This document shows positions 1 through 9,963 of a DNA stretch of 64,000 nucleotides, in pieces. A program made the position numbers and the translations under genes. The DNA comes from Dehalococcoidia bacterium. GTDB taxonomy: Bacteria; Chloroflexota; Dehalococcoidia; SM23-28-2; HRBIN24. The stretch spans positions 4,381-68,380 of the forward strand of contig DAOTWZ010000034.1 of NCBI GenBank assembly GCA_034435615.1, given 5' to 3'. The notes beneath the pieces were generated by a model. The model had not been told where the DNA came from and made no database searches. It saw nothing but the letters and a program-made list of their open reading frames with translations. The first letter of the stretch is position 1. Each line of letters starts with the position of its first letter.

Positions 1-147
1 TATTTCCTGAGCGTGGACGCGGTGGGGAACGATTTCCGCCTCTTCGCCATACCCAACTGCGGCAAGGGCCAGCCCATGCAGACCAAGCGGATGAGCAACG
101 GCGGCCCCACCATGCGGGCCCGGGCGCGCCTGAGTGGCGCCCGCTGA
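1..147 (+). CDS. 3' end of upstream gene; TldD/PmbA-family C-terminus (partial)
   Basis: Frame 1 is open from base 1 to TGA at 145-147. The translated tail ...LSVDAVGNDFRLFAIPNCGKGQPMQ... resembles the conserved AVGND...CGKGQ C-terminus of TldD/PmbA proteins. Confidence 0.45.
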   Translation, partial: YFLSVDAVGNDFRLFAIPNCGKGQPMQTKRMSNGGPTMRARARLSGAR

Positions 148-203
148 TACCATTGGAGTCGAGGGCGCAGCCCCAATACAAAGAGGACAGGAGGTAGGAG
201 CGA

Positions 204-734
204 ATGACACAGGTACAGGAGAGGCCGGGCGTGGTGACCTTCCGGGGCAACCCGCTGACCCTGCTGGGGCCCGACCTGAAGGTGGGCGACAGGGCCCCGG
301 ACTTCCAGCTGGTGAATATGGAGCTGAAGCCGGTGACCCTGAAGGACTTCGCCGGGAAGACGCTGGTCCTCAGTGTGGCCCTCTCCGTGGACACGCCGGT
401 GTGCGATGTCCAGGAGAAGCGGTTCAACGAGATAGCAGCCTCCCTCTCGGAGGACGTGGTGGTGGCAGCCGTCACGGTGGACCTTCCCTTCGCTCTCAGG
501 CGCTGGTGCGGCGCCAACGGCGTGGACCGCATCCAGGCCCTGAGCGACTATCAGGACCACCAGTTCGGCCTCAGCTACGGGGTGCTCATCAAGGAGATGA
601 AGCTCCTGGCCCGCTCCGTGTGGATCGTGGACAGGGACGGAGTCATCCGCTACAAGGAGATCGTCCCCGAGGTGACGCAGGAGCCCAACTACCAGGCGGC
701 GCTGGAGGCGCTCAAGCAGGTGGCCGGCGCCTAA
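204..734 (+). CDS. tpx: thiol peroxidase (atypical 2-Cys peroxiredoxin, Tpx)
   Basis: 176-aa ORF; ATG at 204 with an AGGAGG-like RBS upstream. Tpx/AhpC-TSA family similarity along the whole length. Confidence 0.88.
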   Translation: MTQVQERPGVVTFRGNPLTLLGPDLKVGDRAPDFQLVNMELKPVTLKDFAGKTLVLSVALSVDTPVCDVQEKRFNEIAASLSEDVVVAAVTVDLPFALRRWCGANGVDRIQALSDYQDHQFGLSYGVLIKEMKLLARSVWIVDRDGVIRYKEIVPEVTQEPNYQAALEALKQVAGA

Positions 735-784
735 GCGGCGCGGCCTGGCCATCCCCCAGCCATCAGTCGGAGGAGGTCCTGGTC

Positions 785-2338
785 TTGAGGGCTTTAGAGG
801 AGCTGACGAGGGCGGCGGAGCAGGCGCTGGCCTTCCTCCGTTCCCAGGAGGACGTGGAGGAGGCGGAGGTCTTCGTCTCCTGCAACGGCATCCTGCACAC
901 CCGCCTCAACTACACCTCGCACATCCCCTGCAACGGCGTCGAGGAGCCCAAGTCCATAGAGAACTTCGGCATCGGCGTGCAGGTGGTGCTGCGGACGGCC
1001 GGGGAGGAGGTGCGCCGGGTGGGCTTCGGCGCTGAGCCCTCCGACCTGACCCTGGAGGGGGCCCGCTCCGCCCTGGAGAAGGCCCGACGCGCCGCCGTGG
1101 CCGATCCCGAGTTCACCTCCCTCCCCCGCCCCGCCGGGGAGGGACGCCGCCTGGCCAGCTACCACGACCCGCGGGTCATGGACCTGAGCGACGCCGACCT
1201 GGTGGAGGCCGGCTGGCGGGTGGTGAGGGGCGGCCTGCGGGCCTTCCGCACCTCCGAGACGCTGCAGGCCCTGGGCCGCAGCCCGGAGGAGCTGGCCCTC
1301 ATCCTGGGCGGGGACGTCACCATCCTCCAGGAGCGGGTGGCCATCTGCTCCACCGCCATGCCCCAGGTGCAGACGGACGAGTCCACCCTCATCCTCTCCT
1401 TCATCACCGCCATGGTGGAGTCCGAGGGGAGCAAGGGGAGCGGCTACGGCGCCGCCACCCACTTGGAGCAGTTCCAGGGGGAGGCGGGGGAGGAAGCGGC
1501 CAGGAACGCCGTGCGTGGCCTGGGAGGCGTCCGGGTGCCCGGCGGCCAGTACCGCGTCGTCCTGGGGCGGCAGGCGGTGATGGATATCCTGGACAACCTG
1601 GTGCTCCCCGGCCTCTCCCTGGGCACCTTCTACGCCGCCGCCTCGCCTTTCCAGGGGAAGCTGGGGAAGCAGGTGGCCTCTTCCCTCTTCACCCTGGTGG
1701 ACGATGGCGCCGCCCCTGGCCTGGTGGGCTCCAAGGGCATCACCTGCGAGGGGCTCCCCACCGGCCGCACAGAGCTGGTCCGTGAGGGGGTGCTGGTAGG
1801 GCTCCTCGCCAACTGGTACGAATCACAGCGCATCCTGAGAGACCCCAGGGCGCGGGAGAAGCTGGGGGTGGATCCCCAGGAGTGGCGTCACGCCTTCGCC
1901 CCCCGCAACGGCTTCCGCTTCGCCCGGGGCGGCGGCCGCCACTTCGACCAGCAGCCGGGCATCGCCCCCACCAACGTCATCATTCCCGGCAATGTGGAGA
2001 CCCAGGAGGAGCTGCTGCGGTTGGTGGGGGACGGCCTCTACATCGGCCGCATCTGGTACACCTACCCGGTGAACGGCCTGCGGGCGGGCGACTTCACCTC
2101 CACCGTCGTCGGCGACTCCTTCGTCATACGGGACGGACGTCTGGCGGAGCCCATCCGGCCCAACACTCTGCGCATCAACGACAACGTCCACAACGTGCTG
2201 AACGCCATCCTGGGCATAGGCAAGGACGCCCGCCCCACCCTGGTCTGGGCGGCGGACGAGATCGTCTACGCTCCGGAGATAGCGGTGGAGCGGCTCCAGG
2301 TGGAGTCCATCGCCGAGTATATGGAGAGCGCCTACTAG
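785..2338 (+). CDS. TldD/PmbA family metalloprotease
   Basis: This is the second part of the 734-aa track ORF. The first part overlaps tpx in another frame and is not coding. The TldD/PmbA-like protein begins after the GGAGGAGG RBS at 769-776 with TTG at 785; start uncertain within ±10 nt. Confidence 0.75.
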   Translation: MRALEELTRAAEQALAFLRSQEDVEEAEVFVSCNGILHTRLNYTSHIPCNGVEEPKSIENFGIGVQVVLRTAGEEVRRVGFGAEPSDLTLEGARSALEKARRAAVADPEFTSLPRPAGEGRRLASYHDPRVMDLSDADLVEAGWRVVRGGLRAFRTSETLQALGRSPEELALILGGDVTILQERVAICSTAMPQVQTDESTLILSFITAMVESEGSKGSGYGAATHLEQFQGEAGEEAARNAVRGLGGVRVPGGQYRVVLGRQAVMDILDNLVLPGLSLGTFYAAASPFQGKLGKQVASSLFTLVDDGAAPGLVGSKGITCEGLPTGRTELVREGVLVGLLANWYESQRILRDPRAREKLGVDPQEWRHAFAPRNGFRFARGGGRHFDQQPGIAPTNVIIPGNVETQEELLRLVGDGLYIGRIWYTYPVNGLRAGDFTSTVVGDSFVIRDGRLAEPIRPNTLRINDNVHNVLNAILGIGKDARPTLVWAADEIVYAPEIAVERLQVESIAEYMESAY

Positions 2339-2354
2339 GCCCGCCGGCCAGGCC

Positions 2355-2636
2355 CTAGCGGGAGGAGAGGAGCTGCAGCGCCTCCGTCAGCGCCTGCACC
2401 GGCACGATGCGCGGCGTCCCGATCTTTATCAGGGGGCGGAGATAGCGCACCACCTGGGAATAGTCGTCCGCCTCCAGGACGAAGTACATGGTGTGCTCCG
2501 GCGGGGCGATGTAGCTGCCGATGGGCCTGACGCCGCTTTCCCGTATGTGCTGCTCGCTGGCCATCTGGTGTAGAGGGGCCGGGTTGTCCGCCGGGCAGAG
2601 CTCCGGCGTGTGGCTGTGAATGACGACGAACAGCAT
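2355..2636 (-). CDS. hypothetical small protein (93 aa)
   Basis: Clean ORF with non-repetitive composition, unlike the Gly/Ala/Arg-rich antisense ORFs. No family recognised. Confidence 0.45.
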   Translation of the reverse strand: MLFVVIHSHTPELCPADNPAPLHQMASEQHIRESGVRPIGSYIAPPEHTMYFVLEADDYSQVVRYLRPLIKIGTPRIVPVQALTEALQLLSSR

Positions 2637-2803
2637 CGTCCTCCTCCTCTGATGGTGTTCTCCAGATGCCCCGCGCCGCCCCCGCCCTCCCGGCGTCGAT
2701 GGTCAGCCTGCCGGCCGCCGCCCGGGCCGGCGTCGACAAGGTTAGAGGGGCGCGGCGGTACGGTCAACGTCCCGGGGGCCGCCAGAGGAGGGGAGGGTGG
2801 GCG

Positions 2804-3673
2804 TCAGGCCGCCGGCCCGCCGGACCGGGCAAAGGCCCTCGTCCGCAGGCGGGCCCGCGTCCGGCTGAGGAGGAGGGCGAGGGCGAAGAGGGCGGTGGCC
2901 GTCAGGACGATGGCGGCGCTGGGGGAGACATCGGCGTAGTAGGCGGCGTAGAGGCCCCCCACGGCGGAGAGGAGGCCCACCGCCACCGCCCAGGCCATCA
3001 TCCCGGGCAGGCTGCGGGCCAGTAGCTGGCCGGTGGCGGCCGGGGTCACCAGCAGGGCGGCCACCAACACGATCCCCACCGCCTTGAGGGCGATGACGGA
3101 GGTCAGGGCCACCAGCGCCAGCAGCCCCTGCTGCACCAGGTTCACCGGCACCCCCAGGGCGGCGGCCATGTTCGGGTCATAGGTGACGATGAGAAGCTCC
3201 TTCCAGAAGAGGGCCACCAACGCCAGGACGATGCCCCCCAGGAGGGCCATCAGCCAGATGTCCTGCCAGCCCACGGCCAGCACGTTGCCGAAGACGAAGG
3301 AGAAGAGGTCTACCGTGTAGCTGCTGCGACGGCTGGCCAGGAGGACGCCCAGGGCGAAGGCGGCCACGAAGACGATCCCGACCGCCGTATCGTGCTTCAG
3401 GGCGCCCCGGCGGGCCAGCAGGCCGATAACGAAGGCGGTGACCAGAGCGCCGACGGCGCCGCCCACGTAGAGGTTCGCCCCGGCCAGGAAGGCAGCGGCC
3501 ACGCCGCTGAAGGCGGCGTGGGGCAGGGCATCCCCGATGAAGGCCATACCCCGCAGGACGATGTAGCAGCCCACCACGGAGGCCACCACGCTGGCCAGGC
3601 AGGCCGCCAGCACCCCTCGCTGCATGAAGGCCAGCGTCCAGGGCTCCCGCAGGGCGTCAAGGATGTTCGGCAT
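2804..3673 (-). CDS. znuB: metal (Zn/Mn) ABC transporter permease, ABC-3 family
   Basis: 289-aa polytopic membrane protein with the ZnuB/MntB/TroC-like pattern. It overlaps the znuC stop. Confidence 0.88.
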   Translation of the reverse strand: MPNILDALREPWTLAFMQRGVLAACLASVVASVVGCYIVLRGMAFIGDALPHAAFSGVAAAFLAGANLYVGGAVGALVTAFVIGLLARRGALKHDTAVGIVFVAAFALGVLLASRRSSYTVDLFSFVFGNVLAVGWQDIWLMALLGGIVLALVALFWKELLIVTYDPNMAAALGVPVNLVQQGLLALVALTSVIALKAVGIVLVAALLVTPAATGQLLARSLPGMMAWAVAVGLLSAVGGLYAAYYADVSPSAAIVLTATALFALALLLSRTRARLRTRAFARSGGPAA

Positions 3674-4415
3674 AGATCTGTCCTCCGTGGCTGAAGAGGA
3701 GAAGGTGGCGTTGGAAGGTCTCCCGCAGGACGTCCTCCCGCAGCACCTCTTCCAGGCGGCCGAAGGCGATGACCCGCCGGTTCAGGAAGACGGCGTGATC
3801 GAAGTGGGTGGCGACGCAACTGAGGTCATGGGTGGCCACCAGGAGGGTCTTCCCCTCCGCCGCCAGGTCCTGGAAGAGGTGGAGGAGGTCGTGCTGGACG
3901 GGGGCGTCCAGACCGGCGAAGGGCTCGTCCAGGAGGAGCAGCTCCGCCTCCTGGGCCAGCGCCCGGGCGATGAGGGTGCGACGCTGCTCCCCGCCCGATA
4001 GCTCCTGGATGCGGCGGCGGGCCTTGTCCGCCATGCCCACCCGCTCCAGGGCCTGCCAGGCCACCTGACGGTCCCGCTTGCCCGGGCGGCGGAGGAGGCC
4101 CAGGTGACCGTAACGGCCCATGAGGGCCACCTCGAAAACGGTGATGGGGAAGGCCCAGTCTATGCTCTCCGTCTGGGGAGTGTAGCCGAGGCGACGTCGC
4201 TCCGGGCGGCCGCCGAAGACCCAGACCTGGCCCCGCCAGGGGCGCTGCAGCCCCAGGATGGTGCGCAGGAGGGTGGACTTGCCGGAGCCGTTGGGGCCTA
4301 CCAGGCCGGCCAGGCACCCCCGCTCGATGCTGAAGGTGACATCCTCCAGGGCCGGACGGCCGTCGTAGCCGGTCCAGAGCCCCTCCACTCGCAGGGCCGG
4401 GGTCTCAGCGGCCAT
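3657..4415 (-). CDS. znuC: metal ABC transporter ATP-binding protein
   Basis: Walker A GPNGSGKST, signature LSGGEQ and Walker B LLLDEP. Overlaps both neighbours. Confidence 0.9.
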   Translation of the reverse strand: MAAETPALRVEGLWTGYDGRPALEDVTFSIERGCLAGLVGPNGSGKSTLLRTILGLQRPWRGQVWVFGGRPERRRLGYTPQTESIDWAFPITVFEVALMGRYGHLGLLRRPGKRDRQVAWQALERVGMADKARRRIQELSGGEQRRTLIARALAQEAELLLLDEPFAGLDAPVQHDLLHLFQDLAAEGKTLLVATHDLSCVATHFDHAVFLNRRVIAFGRLEEVLREDVLRETFQRHLLLFSHGGQIYAEHP

Positions 4416-5379
4416 CGCTCCTCTCCCCCAGGCAGCGGGCCAGCTCCTGGGCGTTGAAGCGCATCATCTCCACATAGGAGGAGATGCGCTCGTCCAGGGC
4501 ATCGCTATAGAGGGTGCAGACCTGTAGGCCCAGGTCCTGGGCCAGGCGGGCCAGGGCGCGGTCGGGCCCCTCCAGCTGGGGCTCGGTGAAGACGGCGGGC
4601 ACCCCTTCGTCCCGGATGCGACGCAGGAGGTCGGCCACGGCGGTGGCGCTGGGCTCGGCGTCGGGGTTGCTGGAGAGGTAGCCTACCTCCTGGAGGCCGT
4701 AGCGATGGGCCAGATAGGAGAAGGCGGCGTGGGTGGCCACCAGCTTGCGTCGCTCGGGCGGGACGGACTCCACCTGCTGGCGGACGTAGGCGTCCAGCTC
4801 CTCTAGCTGGGCCCGGTAGCGCTCCGCCCGGGAGCGGTACTCCTGCTCTCCCGCCGGGTCCAGCTCCGCCAACCTCCGGGCGATGATTTCCACGTAGCGG
4901 ACGGCGTTGGTGGGGTCCAGCCAGAGGTGAGGGTCCTGGCCGTGGCCGTGCTCGTGGGCCTCCTCCGGTGCGGGCTCTTCCTCCCCCTCGTGGCCGCCTG
5001 CCACCTCCTCCCCCAGCAGGACGAGGGGGGTCCCGGGCGCCTTGTTGGCCTCCAGGGCGCGCAGCCCGCCTCCCTCCAGGCCCAGGCCGTTGGCGAAGAT
5101 GGCCCGCGCCTGGCCGATGCGTCTCACCTGGGCGGGCGAAGGGTCGAAGGTGTGGGGGTCGGCGGTGGCGGGTATGAGGACGTCCACCTGCCAGCGCTCC
5201 CCGGCGACGGCCCGCACCAGGTCAGCGATGATAGCAGTGCTGGCCATGAGGCGAGGCTGTCCCTCCCCCGTCCCGCCGCCGCAGGCCCCGGCGAGGGCCA
5301 CCAGGGCCAGGCCCAGGGCGGCCGGCCGGAGGAGGTTTTTGATACTCCGTATCACTTTCGGGCGGGCGTAGCGATCCAT
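4405..5379 (-). CDS. znuA: metal ABC transporter substrate-binding lipoprotein with His-rich loop (zinc-type)
   Basis: Lipoprotein signal LALVALAGAC; ZnuA/TroA fold similarity. His/Glu-rich loop HEGEEEPAPEEAHEHGHGQDPH is typical of ZnuA. Confidence 0.88.
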   Translation of the reverse strand: MDRYARPKVIRSIKNLLRPAALGLALVALAGACGGGTGEGQPRLMASTAIIADLVRAVAGERWQVDVLIPATADPHTFDPSPAQVRRIGQARAIFANGLGLEGGGLRALEANKAPGTPLVLLGEEVAGGHEGEEEPAPEEAHEHGHGQDPHLWLDPTNAVRYVEIIARRLAELDPAGEQEYRSRAERYRAQLEELDAYVRQQVESVPPERRKLVATHAAFSYLAHRYGLQEVGYLSSNPDAEPSATAVADLLRRIRDEGVPAVFTEPQLEGPDRALARLAQDLGLQVCTLYSDALDERISSYVEMMRFNAQELARCLGERSDGR

Positions 5380-5405
5380 TCCTCGCTTTCCTCCTTTAGA
5401 GCGGT

Positions 5406-5849
5406 CTATTCAGCGGGGGGCGCTGCCTGGCGGCAGGACTGGCAGAGGCCGTAGAACTCCAGCCAGTGCCCCTGGACGTCGAACCCGGTGCTCTGGGCTA
5501 TGTCCCGCACCAGATTGCCCACCACGCACTCGTCCAGGTCACGGACGCGGCCGCAGGTGACGCAGACCAGGTGGTGATGGTGGTGTCGGGGGCCAGCCAG
5601 TCGGTAGTGGAGACGGCCATCTTCCAGGAGGACGCGGCAGAGGACGCCCAGCTCGCACAGGAGGCGGATGGTGCGGAAGACGGTGGCCCGGCCGGCCCCC
5701 GTAGCCTGGCGCAGGATCTCCTCCACGGTGAAGTGGTCCGCCTGGCTGAGGACGGCCTCCAGGACGGAGCGCCGCGAGGAGGTGACCCGGTAGCCCCGGG
5801 ACTCCAGGGCGCTGACGATGGGCTCCAGCTCGGCCGTCTCTGATACCAT
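5406..5849 (-). CDS. zur: Fur-family transcriptional regulator (Zur-like)
   Basis: 147 aa with a His-rich HHHHH motif, CxxC...CxxC zinc ligands and Fur-like DNA-binding N-terminus. It leads the znuACB genes. Confidence 0.82.
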   Translation of the reverse strand: MVSETAELEPIVSALESRGYRVTSSRRSVLEAVLSQADHFTVEEILRQATGAGRATVFRTIRLLCELGVLCRVLLEDGRLHYRLAGPRHHHHHLVCVTCGRVRDLDECVVGNLVRDIAQSTGFDVQGHWLEFYGLCQSCRQAAPPAE

Positions 5850-5921
5850 GTCTCACTCCCTGCCTGAGATTACGATGATAGCGCCTTTCAGGGACCGGGT
5901 CAATAGGCCGGAGGTGTTTTT

Positions 5922-5951
5922 CCGGGGGGCGAGGGCCGTCTCGCCCCCCGG
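5922..5951. other. GC-rich perfect hairpin between anti-sigma gene end and zur promoter (possible terminator lacking a U-tract)
   Basis: ccGGGGGGCGAG-ggccgt-CTCGCCCCCCgg forms a 10-12 bp stem. On the plus strand it is flanked 5' by tgttttt. Confidence 0.3.
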
Positions 5952-6020
5952 ATGGGGATGGAGTGGGCCTGGCCGAGGCCAGCAGCCCATCATTAGAACG
6001 CCCGGGTAGGCCCCGTTGTT

Positions 6021-6788
6021 TCAGCGGGGCAGGGGGGAGGAGGAGAGGACGGGGGGGGTAGTGGGCTGAGGGCTGCCCCCCTCTGGCTCCAGGGTGACGG
6101 TGACCTCCGTGGGCCGCCAGCCGCTGGGGAGGCGGGAGAGGTCGAAGGCGTGGTAGGCGGTGCCGTTGCGGGGGAGGAATGTATCCCCGCTGTGGGCCTC
6201 GCCGTTGCGGAGGTACCAGAGCTGATAGACGCGGCCTGGCGGCGGGTCTGGCAGGTTAACGGCGGCCACGAACCCCCAGCGTTTGCTCTCGCTCCAGTAG
6301 TAGGTGGCCCGGGCGTCGCCGTACTGTGGGCTGGGGAACATGGGCACCAGCCGCAGGTCGGGCAGGGAGACGAGGGAGACCATCTCCGTGTGCTCCCTGG
6401 CCAGCTCGCGGGTGGAGAAGATCTCGGCCCGCAGACGTTCCTGCTCCACCCTCATATCCTGCACCTGGGTGTAGAGGAGCAGGGCCAGGGCGGCCAGGGC
6501 CACCGAGGCGGCGGCGGAGGCGGCGGCCAGGCCGGGCCAGAGCCAGCGCAGGCGGGGGAGCGCCGGCCGGCGCGCCTGCGCCAGGACGCGACGGCGCAGG
6601 GCCGGCCGCGGCCGGACTATGGGGACGGCGAGGCCCAGCAGGGCAGCCACGCGGCGGGCCTCCTCCAGTTCCCCCCGACAGAGCGAACACCCTTCCAGGT
6701 GCTCTTCCAGGGCGTGTATCTCCCGCTCCGCGAGGGCGCCCAGGGCGTAGCTGTCCAGAAGCTCCCTGGCCTCCTGGCAGTCCATCAC
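6021..6788 (-). CDS. anti-sigma factor, RskA-like (zf-HC2 N-terminus, TM segment, extracytoplasmic domain)
   Basis: N-terminal HxxxCxxC motif (HLEGCSLCRGE), a central hydrophobic helix and an RskA-type C-terminal domain. It overlaps the sigma gene stop by ATGA. Confidence 0.8.
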   Translation of the reverse strand: MMDCQEARELLDSYALGALAEREIHALEEHLEGCSLCRGELEEARRVAALLGLAVPIVRPRPALRRRVLAQARRPALPRLRWLWPGLAAASAAASVALAALALLLYTQVQDMRVEQERLRAEIFSTRELAREHTEMVSLVSLPDLRLVPMFPSPQYGDARATYYWSESKRWGFVAAVNLPDPPPGRVYQLWYLRNGEAHSGDTFLPRNGTAYHAFDLSRLPSGWRPTEVTVTLEPEGGSPQPTTPPVLSSSPLPR

Positions 6789-6789
6789 C

Positions 6790-7398
6790 TCACTCCTGTT
6801 CCTGGGAGAGGAGCAGGGCCCGTAGCTTGCGCATGCCCAGCCGGATCCTCGTCTTGATTGTACCCAGGGGCAGCCCCGTCAACTGGGCGATCTCCTGCTG
6901 GGTGAAGCCGCCAAAGTAGGCCAGCTCGATGGCCTGCCGCTGCTCCGGCGGCAGGGCCGCCAGGGCCGCCTTCACCCGCTCCCGCTCTTGGGCCCAGTGG
7001 GCCTCCTGGAGTAGGTCGTCGCCGCCGCCGACGTTGGCCTCGCCCGTGGGGGCCTGGCGCTTGAGACGGCGCATCTGGGAGCGGAGCTCATCGGTGGCCC
7101 GGTTGCGGGTCACGGTGAGGAGCCACCCCAGAAAGGGCCCCTTGCGGGGGAGATACATCTCTGCCCGGTGCCAGAGCCGCAGGAAGACGTCCTGCGTCAC
7201 ATCTTCGGCCTGGTGGCTGTCTCCCAGCACCTTCCGGGCCAGGGAGTAGACGAGGCTGCTGTAGCGGTCGTACAAGGTCTCGAAGGCACGTATGTCCCCC
7301 CGCATGAGCCTGGCCACCAGCTCCTCGTCCGGCAACGAGCTATAGCTCTGTCCCCCCTCTTGCGGGTGCTGGCCTCGAGCGCCGGACTGCTCCTCCAT
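6790..7398 (-). CDS. ECF (sigma-70 family) RNA polymerase sigma factor
   Basis: Region 2 (DVTQDVFLRLW) and region 4 (QQEIAQLTGLPLGTIKTRI) signatures are present. Confidence 0.9.
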   Translation of the reverse strand: MEEQSGARGQHPQEGGQSYSSLPDEELVARLMRGDIRAFETLYDRYSSLVYSLARKVLGDSHQAEDVTQDVFLRLWHRAEMYLPRKGPFLGWLLTVTRNRATDELRSQMRRLKRQAPTGEANVGGGDDLLQEAHWAQERERVKAALAALPPEQRQAIELAYFGGFTQQEIAQLTGLPLGTIKTRIRLGMRKLRALLLSQEQE

Positions 7399-7471
7399 AA
7401 CCTAATACGGACGCCCACCGTCGCCAGATCCCTTGTCGGCAGCGAGGGCCCAGCCCTGGCCAGTCGTGGCC

Positions 7472-8233
<762 letters not shown>

Positions 8234-8347
8234 CGCCGGGGCATCCCTGCGCTACGGGGCTTGCCTCTATCATACTGGCGACGAGGGAGGCCGTCGAGGC
8301 GGCGTTGTGGGGCAGCGTGGCTAGTGCTATCCTCCCCAGGAGGAGAG

Positions 8348-9055
8348 ATGAGGGAAGGTCAGATAGGCCTCTTCCAGGCCCTCTACACGACGCGGGCGCT
8401 ACGTCGGCTCCGCCCAGACCCCGTCCCGGAGGAGGTTATCTTCCAGCTCCTGGACGCCGCCATCCGTGCCCCCACTGGCCGGAATGCCCAGGACTGGCGC
8501 TTCGTCATCGTCACGGAGCGGGCGGCCAAGGAGCGGCTCCAGGAGTGGGCGGCGGAGGCGTGGGCCCGCTACCAGCCCCGCTACGCCGCCGATCCTTCCC
8601 TCATGGAGCGCCTTCCCCGTAGCCAGCGGCTGGCCCTCAAGTCCGTCCATCACCTGGTCCGCCACCTGGCCGAGGCGCCGCTGGTGATCGTGGCCTGCGG
8701 AGAGAAGGGGCGGCACTCCACGCCCGGCGGCAGTATCTTTCCGGCGGTGCAGAACCTGCTGCTGGCCGCCCGTGGCCTGGGGCTGGGCGGCACTATCTTC
8801 AACCTGCCCCTCCTGCGGGCGGAGGAGCTGGGCCGCATGCTGGGGATACCGGAGAGCTATCAGATCTACTGTCTGCTGGTGCTGGGGTACCCGCTGGACA
8901 GGCACGGGCCGGTGCGCCGGCGGCCGGTGAGGGAGGTGACCTTCTGGGGGCGCTGGGGAGAGCCGTGGCCCTTCGCCCAGAAGCAGCCGGATGAGGGCTG
9001 GCAGGCCCGGTGGCTGGCGGAGGAGCGCCCCGGAGGGCCGGCGGGGGAATCTTAG
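8348..9055 (+). CDS. nitroreductase family protein
   Basis: The 540-aa track ORF is composite. The nitroreductase-like part starts at ATG 8348 after the AGGAGGAGAG RBS; the upstream part is antisense to the SDR gene. Confidence 0.82.
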   Translation: MREGQIGLFQALYTTRALRRLRPDPVPEEVIFQLLDAAIRAPTGRNAQDWRFVIVTERAAKERLQEWAAEAWARYQPRYAADPSLMERLPRSQRLALKSVHHLVRHLAEAPLVIVACGEKGRHSTPGGSIFPAVQNLLLAARGLGLGGTIFNLPLLRAEELGRMLGIPESYQIYCLLVLGYPLDRHGPVRRRPVREVTFWGRWGEPWPFAQKQPDEGWQARWLAEERPGGPAGES

Positions 9056-9062
9056 GATAGAG

Positions 9063-9902
9063 ATGCTCAGGAACACCTTTCTCCACCTGCCAGGCGTGGG
9101 GCCGGGGACGGAACGGCGGCTCTGGCTGGAGGGCGTCCTCACCTGGGAGGACGCCCTGGTCCATCCCTTGCCCTGGCTGGGCGAGTGGCAGCGCCGCTGG
9201 CTCTGCGCTGGCCTGGTCGAATCGCTGGAGAAGCTGCGGGTGGAGGACGCCGCCTACTTCCACCGGCGCCTCCCCGCCGGGGAGCGCTGGCGAGCCCTGG
9301 CCGAGTTCGCCCACCGGGCCGTCTGCCTGGATATCGAGACCACGGGCCTCGCCTTCGGGCCCGGCCACATCACCGTCATCGGCCTCTACGACGGCCGGGA
9401 GTACATGGCCTTCGTGCGGGGCTACAACCTGCACCGCTTCCCGGAGGTGGTCCAGCGCTACCGCCTGCTCATCACCTACAACGGTCTCCGCTTCGATGTC
9501 CCCTTCATCGAGGCGGAGATGGGGCCGGTGCTGGAGGGGCTGGCCCATCTGGACATAATGTATCCGCTGCGGCGCCTGGGCTACCGTGGTGGTCTCAAGG
9601 GGGTGGAGGTGCTGACGGGGCTGGCGCGCCCTTCCGCTCTGCAGGGGCTCGGCGGTTACGATGCCGTCCGCCTCTGGCGCCTGCACCAGAGAGGGCACCG
9701 GGGCGCCCTGCCCACCCTGGTCCGCTACAATGCCGAGGACGTGGTCTCCCTGCTGCCCCTGGCCGTCCTGGTCTACAACGAGATGGTCTGCCAGTTACCG
9801 CTACCAGTGTGTCCGCTGGAGCCTCCGCCCCGTCCCTTCCTCGACCTCCCCTACGACGCCGAGCTGGTGGATTGGCTCAGGGAGACCAGCCCGGCCCAGT
9901 AG
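9063..9902 (+). CDS. DEDDy-type 3'-5' exonuclease-like protein (RNase H-like fold, YprB family)
   Basis: Exo motifs CLDIETTG (Exo I), YNGLRFDVPF (Exo II) and YNAEDV (Exo III). Start taken at ATG 9063 because the track start overlaps the nitroreductase gene. Confidence 0.7.
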   Translation: MLRNTFLHLPGVGPGTERRLWLEGVLTWEDALVHPLPWLGEWQRRWLCAGLVESLEKLRVEDAAYFHRRLPAGERWRALAEFAHRAVCLDIETTGLAFGPGHITVIGLYDGREYMAFVRGYNLHRFPEVVQRYRLLITYNGLRFDVPFIEAEMGPVLEGLAHLDIMYPLRRLGYRGGLKGVEVLTGLARPSALQGLGGYDAVRLWRLHQRGHRGALPTLVRYNAEDVVSLLPLAVLVYNEMVCQLPLPVCPLEPPPRPFLDLPYDAELVDWLRETSPAQ

Positions 9903-9912
9903 GCCGGCCATG

Positions 9913-9928
9913 ATTAAGGCTCCTTAAT
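9913..9928. promoter_or_regulatory. AT-rich inverted repeat ATTAAGG-ct-CCTTAAT upstream of the htrA-like gene; candidate operator
   Basis: Perfect 7-bp arms with a 2-nt spacer, in an otherwise GC-rich intergenic region 36-45 nt upstream of the CDS. Confidence 0.3.
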
Positions 9929-9963
9929 GCGCCCCCGCTCGCCACGCCTTATGATGGGTGTGT

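Noticed and set aside
134-2338. The 734-aa ORF as a single gene
   Set aside because: Its first 200 codons overlap tpx in another frame and are Gly/Ala/Arg-rich, as expected for high-GC off-frame ORFs. Only the part after about 785 resembles TldD/PmbA.
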